From positions 1-62,523 of IMG/VR virus record IMGVR_UViG_3300027969_000104: a stretch of DNA of 62,523 nt; one strand, 5' to 3'. The position numbers and the translations under genes are program-made. Shown here one piece after another: positions 49,401-61,400 of the stretch; the first letter of the stretch is position 1, and each line of letters opens with the position of its first letter. The stretch is from a virus. Its lineage: Duplodnaviria > Caudoviricetes. The notes beneath the pieces were generated by a model. The model worked only from the letters and a program-made list of their open reading frames with translations, searched no databases and had not been told where the DNA came from.

Positions 49401-52400
49401 AGAAAATCCAAATAACCCCGTTGATTCAGTATTAGGAATTCCATTAGATTTCTATGGTATCAATAATATTGGTGATATTTTGTTCACTAATAATTTATAT
49501 ACTGATACATTTATATACACGCCTGCTGAAACATCGGGAGTAACAGTGGATGTCAGTAGTGGATTTGTATATCAATATTCCGATAGAGTTACATTCAGTC
49601 TTGAGATTGGCTGGCAAATTGCTGCTATTCCATCATTGCCCAGACAACAATTTCAGTTTACATATGATGGTCAACCGCTACAACTAGATATTGTGATTGA
49701 AACTACGTTAGATGTGCCGCCTGTTCAAGTTTTTATCAATGACGTATATCAACTTCCATCATCATACACTTTATTAATTGATACTACAACTAATGTATCA
49801 ACTATTACATTAAATGGCACTGGATATGTTGATGGTGATATCATTGAAGTACTTGCGTATAGTCAGCAAGTAAGCGAATATGGTTTTTATGAAGTTCCAG
49901 TAAACTTAGAAAATAATCCATTTAATGGTAATAGCAAACAATTTAGTTTAGGTACAGTGCGTCAGCATTATGCCACAATATGCCAAAATTTAGTTGATCT
50001 TAATGGTCCTATTAATGGACGTAATAATACCCGTGATCTGGGTAACATTAGTCCTTATGGTCAGTTAATATTACAACAATCATCGCCATTGACGCTTGCT
50101 GGATTTTTCTTACGAAATATTAACTATGATATATTTGCTTCTTTAGAGTATAATAGCAGAGAATATATTAAGTACAAAAATAAATTATTGACCGAAGTCA
50201 CTAGACTAGATCTTAATGGATCCGAGACTGTGCCTCAAATTCTTGATTTGGTTATTTATAGAATTACAAAAAGCTTAACAAGCTCTGATTCATTTTATTG
50301 GTCAGATATGTTGCCAGTTGGAACAAATTACACAACAACTACAACTACAGTTAATCCAATTACGACTCAAACTTTTAATACAACTCAAGTTTATGATTTT
50401 AAATCTAGTAACTATCTTGGGTTATTGGTATATGTCAATAATGTACTTTTACTAAGAGGAACTGAGTATACAGTTTCAACTGATGCTGCTAAATTAACTA
50501 TACTGATTTCATTAAACATTGGTGATGTAGTTACTATTAACGAATATCCTACCACTGTTGCTAGTTGGTGCCCAAATACTCCTAGTAAAATGGGATTGTA
50601 CCCAAAATATACTCCAAGTATATATGTTGATGACACTTACTTAGAGCCAACAGTAGTAATTCAAGGACACGATGGATCAATTACCATTGCATTTGGTGAT
50701 ATTCGGGATCAAGTGCTATTTGAATTTGAAAAACGAATATATGACAACATTAAAGTTGATGATAATCCAATTCCGTTATCGACTGATCAAGTAAATCCAG
50801 ACTTTTATCCTGCTCAAACTACTGCGTTATTGCCCGGTTATTTCCGCAAAACTCCATATACATATCAAGAAATCAATCAAATAATGAATGAGGACTTTTT
50901 GTCTTGGGTTGGACAAAATAAATTGAATTACACAACGCAAGATTACATTGCTAGCAATCCATTTACATACAATTATAGTCAAGCGGCTAATCGTATTGAT
51001 CAAGCGGCATTTCTTCAAGGTAATTGGCGTGGTATCTATCGTTATTTCTATGATACAGAAACTCCTAACTCAACTCCATGGGAAATGCTTGGGTTTACTG
51101 AAGAGCCAGCATGGTGGATTATCAGATACGGTCCAGCGCCATATACATCAGGCAATACTGTGTTATGGGATGATTTAGAAGCAGGTATTGTTAGTAATCC
51201 AGCGGGTCCATACATCTTACCAGAGTATATTCGCCCTGGTTTAGCAAGTATTATACCAGCCGGTCCAGAGGGTGAACTATTATCTCCTATAGATTGTATA
51301 GTTGGATTGAATGATCCATACGGATTCAAGCAATCATGGGCAGCAGGAGATGGTGGGCCAGTTCAGGCATCATGGTGGAACAGTAGTTCTTATCCATTTG
51401 CTATAATGCGTTTATTAGCTCTTACTAAACCAGCACAATTCTTTTCGTTATTTGCTGATAGAGATTTATATCGTTATAATACTACATTAGGACAGTATCT
51501 ACTAAACAATCGCTATCGTTTAGATGCTGCAGGCGTACAAGTGTATGGTGACGGCGTAAGTAAAGCAAGTTATATTAACTGGATTGTTGATTATAATCAA
51601 CGATCTGGTGTTAACAGTACTAAAAAATTGACAGAAGCATTGGCAAATCTAGATGTTCGTCTATGCTATCGTATGGCATCATTTAGTGATCCAGCGTATG
51701 TGCGATTGTTCACCGAACGGAGCGGCCCAAATTCTACTAATAATAGTTTAGAAATTCCATCTTCGAGTTATGAATTATTGTTTTATAAAAATCAGCCATT
51801 TGGACAAATTACATATAGTTCTGTAATTGTTCAGGTAGAACAATTGGAAAATGGCGGTATTGGTTATGGAGTATATGGATACAGCAATGTTCAACCTTAT
51901 TTTGACATATTGGTTAGTAGTCCAGTTGGAGCGTATCAAACATTAACAGCAGGTAATACTACTGTTCAAATACCTTCGCAATATACTGACAATATTAGAC
52001 AAATTCCATATGGATATGTGTTTACCAGCCCATCTAGCGTGTGTGATTTTTTATTAAGCTATGGTGCTTATTTAGAAAGCCAGGGATTAATTTTTTCTGA
52101 TCGTTATAATGGTTATACATTAGATTGGAAACAGATGGCACAGGAATTCTTGTATTTTGGAGCCCAAGGATGGCAACCTAATACAATGATCAATCTAAAT
52201 CCTAGTGCGACTACTATTGTGGCCAGCCGTCCTGTATCTATTGTGGATACTATTGCTAGTGTAACGCCTGAAAACATGTTGTTAGATCAAAATCGTTTTG
52301 CATTAGATGTTAGCAACATGGTAGTTAATAGAATTAATAATTTATTCTCAGTTACTACAACAACAGGGCAAACGATTAATTTTCTCACGTTGAAATTTAC

Positions 52401-55400
52401 AAATTATGAAGATATGATTGTGTTGAATAACACGACACAGTTTAATGATTTGATTTATGATCCTATTACAGCTGCTAGACAAGTTCGTTTAACCTTGATT
52501 GCTTCAACTTCAACAGAATGGGATGGACAGCTTAATGCCCAGGGATTCATACTTAATTTAAACAATGTAAAAGAATGGCAGCCTTATACCAAATACACCA
52601 AGGGTGAAATGGTATTGTATAAAAATACATACTGGCAGGCACTAATTATAGTAGATCCATCAGAGGTATTTAACTACGCAAACTGGATTAAGAGTGATTA
52701 TCAAGCGATTGATAATGGATTATTACCTAACTTGGCTAATAAAGCTAATCAACTAGTTGATACATATAATGTATATCAAGCTAATTTAACAAGTGATAAC
52801 GATCTATTTGCGTTTGGGTTAATTGGATTTCGTCCTAGACCATACATGACAAATATGAATTTGAATGGCGTTACTCAAGTTCAGTTATATCAACAATTTA
52901 TTGGAACAAAAGGTACTGTTCGTGCTGCTGAAATATTTAATTTAGCTAATCTTAATGCAAAAGAAAGTGGCGATTACAACGTATATGAGAATTGGGGAAT
53001 ATTAGCAGGTACTTACGGAGCACAAGCAAATAAAAGTTTTGTTGAATTTCAGTTAAATGAAGCAAAATTATCGTATAATCCTTCAACAATACAAGTTATT
53101 AATCCTGGACAAACTAGTGATGCTAATCAAACTTTATACCTAGATAATTTATGGAAAGAAAGTTTTAACATTACTAGTACAGATATTCTACCTACTATCT
53201 ATGAAAACGGCAGTTTACCAGCTGCGTTGCCGTCAGCTGGCTTTGTGTGCCTAGAAGATGTTGATATTACGGTTTTTAGTCTGAAAGATCCAACTGACAT
53301 TGATAAAAATATTGATAATATTGGTATAGGCACTTATATATGGATTGCTAAGATAAACACACATGATTGGGGAGTTTACCGAGTAGCAGGAGTACCCGGT
53401 AATATTACTCAAATATCTAATAATCTTAATGATACTAGCATAGTACAATTTAATGCGTACCATGGGTTATCTGTTGCTGATTTGATAATTGTTAAATATT
53501 TTGATGATGAAGTTAACGGAGTATATCGTGTATTAGCAGTTCCTACTCCAACAACTATAATTGTTGCATTTTCATTCAATAATTATAATGTATCTACCAT
53601 AACAGGCAGTGGATTAGCATTTCAATTACAGAATGCCAGAGTAAAACAAGCGAGCGATATTTCAACATTGCCTTATGTAAACTCTCTGATTCCAGGAGAA
53701 AAGGCGTGGGTTGATAATGATGGCACTGGTCATTGGCAAACAGTAGAAAAACAAAATGTATTTGGCACTGATCTAGTAATTCGCCCTGGTTTTACTGCAA
53801 ATGCCAGATACGGAGCAAGTGTGGCACAAGCTGAGTCTGGAGTAGCTGCTCTTGTTGGAGCCCCCGGCACTAATAGAATATTAACATATTTTAGGGGTGT
53901 AATTTCATATTATCAGTATAATGATTCATTGGCGCTAGGCGCAATTGACACTGATAATTTTGGTAATACAATATCTTTTGGAAATTCTGACTGGGCAATA
54001 GCAGGTGCTAATACTAGTTTATCTAATATGGGATACGCTGCAGTAATTTATAGAAATCCTAACGTAAATTCTTTCAGCATCACTCAATTATTAGTTCCGC
54101 CAGATCAAAATTTTGATCCAATTGGATTTGGAACGTCTGGAGCAATTAGTAAAGATGAACAATGGATGTATATTGGTGCTCCCGGCGCAAATGTCGTGTA
54201 TGCGTATGAAAAAGTAGTAGTTGAAGATCAATCAGTATCATACTCTACTATTTTTAGTGTATTATCTTACAATTACTCAAGTGAAATACAAATAAATTAT
54301 TTGTATCCAAATCAATTACTGGTCACATTAAATAATGATGTATTGGCAGAAGGTATAGATTACATATTAGATCAAAATAATGTAATTTTAACATACATTC
54401 CTGGTAATGAGCAAACATTATTGATATCACGGAACACTTCTACAATACTAGATGTACAAAGATATGATGGAATTGAACAAGATTCATCTTCTGGCATTGG
54501 ATTTGGAGCTGTATTTACCATTTATAATTCTAGGGGAATATATACAGCAAATCTTACCGCTAATGGAGAAGGCTACAATGTTGGAGATACTTTATTAATT
54601 TATGGAACACAATTGGGAGGTACATCTCCTGCCAATGATTTGGAAATAACAGTTACCAGTGTCCTATCTAGCGGGCAATTGTTTGGATTTAATATTTCTG
54701 GTACAGGAGTATACTCAAATAGCGTATTTGCTCTTAATACGTCTTTATATAATGCAACATCTATTGAAACATTTGCTGTTACTGTGAATCAAGATTTTCA
54801 ACGACCATATTTTGACTATACTTTTGATCCAACAACAACTGAATTAACATTTATAACAATTCCTCCAGAGAATGCTGTAATTACTGTAACGACACCAACT
54901 TATTGGCAATATGTCACAAATATTACATCGCCTAGTTCATTAGAGGGTGATAATTTTGGATCAAGCGTATCAACTACAACAGATGGATCACAGATATTTA
55001 TAGGTGCTCCTAACGCTACTAGCAATGGAATAGATAACGCTGGAGTTGTGTATGCATTTGATAGAAGCGTTGTTCGTTTCATAGTATCAAATCCTGATCA
55101 AATGACATATGATATTCCAGGAACTATTAATTCTCCTATATCTGTCAATGTAAATGAAATATTTTTATTATCTACTTCTCAATCGCTTAATGGGCAATAT
55201 AGTATATCTGGTAATACAGTGACGTTTGTTAATATAACATTTAACTATGGTGATATAATTGAATTTGGAACAAATCAATTTGTTCAAATTCAAGAATTAG
55301 TTAGCAGCACAGAAAATGAATCAGCAAACTTTGGATCAGCAATGGATGTTTGTCCACTAAGCTGTAGTTTGTATATAGGAGCACCATTTGATAGTACTTA

Positions 55401-58400
55401 CATTGATGAAGCTGGTTCAGTTGATCGTTTAGCAAATCAATCTCGTTTATATGGTGTTACTACTACAACTATTGCTAATCCAATTTTAACACCGTATACT
55501 ACAATACGAATTAACAACAGTATTGTATCTGTGCCGCCATCGCCTAATGCTTCAATAAATGGACTTGTTGAGGCAATTAATCAAGCAGGAATACCAAACG
55601 TGGTGGCATTTCCTACTGTTGATTTATATTTTATTGGTGACGGAGTTACACAAACGTTCAACATTGGTTCTTTATATACTAATACTAGCTCTTATAATAC
55701 TGTTGTCTATGTAAATAATTTATTACAGTTAGTAGGAACAAATTATTCATATGATCCATCTACTGAAACTATTAATTTCTTAATTCCTCCGGCATCAAAT
55801 GAAACAATCACAGTTGTGTCTGGAAGATTAACAATATCAGTGCAAAATGCAACAGCTGGTACTAAAAATAATTTACTAACAGTATCTCCTGGGGTAACAT
55901 CTTCAGCTTTTGATACCTTAGGATTTGAAACGCTAGTGTTTACACAACAAATCTTAAGTCCTGCTCCTACATTCAATGCTCAATTTGGATCAAGTTTGAG
56001 TATTGACTCTAGTGCAATCAATTTGATTGTTGGTGCTCCTAACGGTAATGTGTATGAGCCAACAATTTTTGATGGCGGAAGAACTTACTTTGACGATAAT
56101 AGTACTATATTCTATAATCCAATTAATAACGGAGGAGTGGCATATACGTATGATTATTTCCTTAGTAGCACAAGTAATATTAACAATCCGGGAAAATTTG
56201 CGTTTGGGCAACAAATATACAATGATGTTATTGAAACTGGAAATTTTTTCGGCACATCTGTTGATTATACTAACAATACATTAATGGTGGGAGCAACTGG
56301 TGGAGTTCCTAGTAACACAACTAATTTAGGCTATGTTGTTGTGTATAATAATACTAATAATTCTCCAGCATGGGTGCCAATTCGTACACAACAACCTGTG
56401 GTTGATGTTTATGCAATTAACAATGTGTTTAGTTATAGCAGCAATCAAGCAATTGGTATTAATGATACAGTAAATGGCAGAAATCAAACTTATTTTGACT
56501 TCTTTGACCCATTACAAGGTAAAATTCTTGGCATAGCAAGAAGAAACATTGATTATATTGGAGCAGTAGATCCTGGTCAATATAATCAAGGAACTGTTCA
56601 TAATAATGGACAACCTTGGGGTGCTGAACACATAGGGCAAATTTGGTGGGATACTGACACAGTACGATTTATAGATCCTAATCAAGATGATATAGTGTAT
56701 GCTAGCCGTCGTTGGGGAACTACATTTCCTGGCAGTAGAGTAGACATATACCAATGGATTGAAAGTACAACACCACCAGCTAGTTATTCTGGTGCTGGTA
56801 CTCCATTAAGTCCTACGAGTTATACAATAGGATCAGTTCTAGGCGCAAATAACGTTTTTGTTACCCTTTATTATTTTTGGGTTAGAGATATTCCTACTGT
56901 GGCAGCAGGTTCAGGTAAAACATTGAGTACAATGGCAATATCAAGTTATATTCTTGATCCACGCAGTAGTGGATTGCCTTATATTGCTGGACTTAACTCA
57001 TCAACCATCGCTATATATAATGCTCAAAATTTATTAAATGCAACTAATACGATTTTGAATATTGGATACGATCAAAAATTAAATGATGACGTAGTACATC
57101 AAGAATATCAAATTGTTACAGATGGCATTGCTGATTCATTCCTTAATGGCAATTTATATCGTAAATTTCTAGACAGTTTATGTGGTATTGATACTATTGG
57201 TAATATAGTACCAGATCCAAGATTAAGTCCTGGCATGAAATACGGCGTTCAATTCCGTCCTCGTCAATCAATGTTTGATGATAGATTCACTGCGTTAGAA
57301 AATTATTTAACTCGTGCTAATAATGTCTTATCACAATATCCTATTACTGAAACATGTAGTTTCAATCTATTAAATGCGTCACAGCCAATTCCAGCAGCTG
57401 ATTCAGGATCATGGAATTTTCAAGTGGCTAATTTAGAAGTGCTCGGCTACCAAAATCTTGCCGGAATACCGGTGGGCTACAAGTATCTAGTACTTAATGA
57501 TAGCGATCAACAGGGCCGATGGACAATTTATACAGTTGGTGCTAATCAAACATTAACATTGACTCAAGTTCAAAGCTATGACACTTCGTTATACTGGTAT
57601 TATGTTAATTGGTATCTAACTGGTTATAATTCAAGTATTGCTCCTGTTGCTGCTGTGCAAAATTATGGTCAGTTATCTACCTTGTCTCTTACGACTGCTC
57701 CTGTTGGATCTTCTGTGCGTGTCGTTGCTAATGGTGCAGGCAAATGGGAAATTTATTTGCGTATTGGGGTTAGTCCTGCTACTGGATGGCAAAGGGTTGG
57801 TCTTGAGGATGGAACAATAGCATTTAAAGAAGAATTATGGAATTATTCTATTGGTGATTTTGGATTCGGTGCACAGACATTTGATTCTCAGTATTATGAT
57901 CAAGCACCGCAAGTTGAAACTCGTTTCATAATTCGTGCATTGAACGAAGAAATTTATATTGAAGAATTGTTACTTGAGCGTAATAGTAGTTTAATACTAA
58001 TGTTCAACTACATATATAGTGAATTTACTAATCCTTCATGGTTAATTAAAACAAGTTATGTTGATGTAAATCATAAAATACGTTCATTACTGCCGTATCA
58101 GAGTTATCTTGCTGATAATCAAGACTTTGTTCTAGATTATTTCCAAGAAGTTAAGCCATACCACGTTCAAGTGAGACAATTCAATCTAATATATACTGGT
58201 GATGATAATTTCCAAGGTGATATTACTGACTTTGATTTACCTGCGTATTGGAATACAGCATTGTCATCACCGCAATTTGTAAGTCCAATATTAACACCAT
58301 ATGATCAGGCAATAACTACTAATAGCTCATTAGCAAGTAACACAGCACCTAATGCTCAGATATGGTTAACGCCAAGCTTATATAGTCAATGGTTTAACAA

Positions 58401-61400
58401 TTATCAGTTAAATGTACAAGGAGTAACTGTTATTAATCCTGGAACTGGTTATACTTCAGTTCCTGTTATAACTTTTGGTACAATTTGGCAAGCCAATACA
58501 GCTTATTCACTTGGTCAACAAGTTTATTATGATAATAATTTGTATACTGTTACTGTTCCTGGCACCTCTGGATCAGTTGAACCGACATTTACATTTGGTT
58601 CATCGTTAGATGGTAGTGCCACTCTTACATATGCTGGATACCCTGCTACTGGCAGCTGTATTATTAATACTTATGGTGGTATTATTTCAATTACGATAAC
58701 AAATCCAGGTAAAGGTTATATCACTGATGCCACTGTGAACATTACAGGGGGTGGATTACCTAGTATTACTATATCATGGACTGCTAATTTATCAGTAGTT
58801 TCAAATAGTTATATCATTACTCCTACAAACAACATATTTCAAGTAACTGTTGCTGGAACATTAGGTGGTGTGGCCCCAGTTGGACAAGAAAATCAAACTA
58901 ATGGCACTGTACCTCTAGTATTTGTTGGTCAAATTGCCCAGGCTAAAGCAGTAATTGGTAATCCAGATGGTCATTCGTTGGTTCGTACATTTAATACTAC
59001 ATTAAAATATGATAGATATGAATATACGTCAAATATCGTTGAGTGGACAGCTAATACAACATATGAAACTGACACACAAGTACGATTTGATGATATAGTA
59101 TGGAGTGCTAATAGCACAGTAACTAGCACAGTATTTGATCCTGAGCAATGGACTCAGGTTGATGCTGGCACATTGAGTGGTGTTAATCGTACAATGGGTT
59201 ATTATGTCAGCACAGTCAATACTCCGGGATTATCTTTACCATTATTAGTAGATGGCGTTGAATATCCAGGTGTTCAAGTATCTGGATTGAATTTTAGTCA
59301 GGACACTGGATTTGATCGTGGTAACTTTGACATTAATCCTTTTGATAACTTCTCATTAGATGCTAATGGATTACCAACATATGATTTAAATGTACTTGAT
59401 ACAATTTTTGAAAGTAGTTATTTAGATCCATACTTAGGAACTCGCCCTAGCGATATTAATATTGATGGTGGTAAGTATATTGATGTGTTTGAAAGTCATG
59501 CTCCTGAAGAATTAGTGCCGGGAATAGAATTTGATACATTAGATATGCGTGTATATACCACACCCGGAGCAGATTGGGGTAGAAACGGCCATGGATTTAA
59601 CCAAGGAGTAGTTCAAGTTATATATGATAGTACTATTCCAACTATAAGTTTTGCTAATTTAGTAACTTATCCATTTGACTTAGAAATAACCAATGCTACT
59701 CAACGATATAACTTAGTTGAAGGTTTAGATTATACTGTTGATTGGCCAAATTTAACATTTACTGTGTTGTCAAGTTCTACTTTAGTAATCAACAGTGATC
59801 AACTTGGTGTTTATGTATATGAATTAGGTGGAGGCAATCAGTTATTTAAAGACACGTACTTAGGTGATGAATTCAGTGATGTATTAACAGTTCCTGTTGA
59901 GTATGATTTATTATTACCAGATGACAACGGTTTTGCTATTTTTGTTAATGGTAATTATTTGTCTAATGCTAATTATTCATATATTGCTGGAACATCATTT
60001 GGCACAACTACTATTACATTTGACAGTACCTACACTTCAATTGATTTTATTAGCCTAGTAGCAATTGGTCCCACTACGATAGATTCTGTGACTACTGAAT
60101 ACAGTTGGAGTTTGCCGATAGCACAAAGTTTTACTGTTACTACATCAGGTCAAACAGTATTTGATCTAGATCCATCAATTAGTTTGGAATATACTAATCC
60201 TGTTACTGCAATTGTTACTGTGGGCGGAGTTACCGCCCGGGGATCAGCTGGAATTCCTTATGTTGGTGATGGAAGCACTGTTGCCTACATATTGCCACAA
60301 CGTATTGGAGTTGATTCTGGAGATATACTTAAATCTAACGTAAGTGTATATATTGATGGCATATTACAAAATCCAACAACATACGATTTAGAAGTATCTG
60401 ACGGATTTAGTTCTGATAGCTCCGTTGATTATTTTTCTGCAGGCCCGTTTGATCTTGATGCTGGAGTATTATATGTATTATTAGATACTGCGCCAGCTAA
60501 TGGAGCACAAATTTACATTGCGGTTGATTCTACCGCACAATATATAATTGATCCTGATGCAATGACATTAACTTTCATTGAGAATACAGGCATAACGCCA
60601 TTTGTGGGACAAGTAATTTCAGTAACTACATTTAATGACACTCGTGAACAACGTCTATCAACTCAAATAATTGTTGGCCCAGTAGGAGAAGGTTTTGCTG
60701 TGCAAGAAGGATTTGATACTACTCTATTTGGTGATATATTTGATGGCACTATTGGTGTAGTAATACAAACTAATAATTTTGTATTATATCAAGCATATAC
60801 TGATATATCTCGTCCATGGGTTTCATTGAACGGAAGAACATTAACAGCACAATTAGATTATACTATTGAAGGCAATTTGTTAATATTGAATTCTGGAACA
60901 ATAGGTGTTGCCGATACATTAATAGTAACTAATGTGACTAATTCAGTAGTGCCATCAGCGATGGCATTTAGAATATTCCAAGATATGCGAGGAGTACAAG
61001 CAACTTATCGTATTACTCCTAATTCTACGACAGCAGTGGCACAAGAGGTAGATCAAAATGATGATATCATACATGTGGCTGATGCTAGCAGATTAAGTAT
61101 TCCTAACTTTGCTGCCAATATATGGGGTGTAGTTACTATCAATGGCGAACGAATCATGTATCGTGAAATTGATTTAATAAGCAATACTATTAGTAGTTTG
61201 CTTCGTGGAACAGCTGGAACAGCAGCGGCGTCACATAGCGTAAATGCATATGTATATGATATGGGTCGTGGTAATTTATTATCGCCTGAATTCCAGAATT
61301 ATGTTGAAAGTAGTTCTTTCTTAGGCAATGGCACAACAAGTACATATACAACAGATGTCAATGTTAACTATGCCAATTTCTGGGAAAATACAGAGCCGTT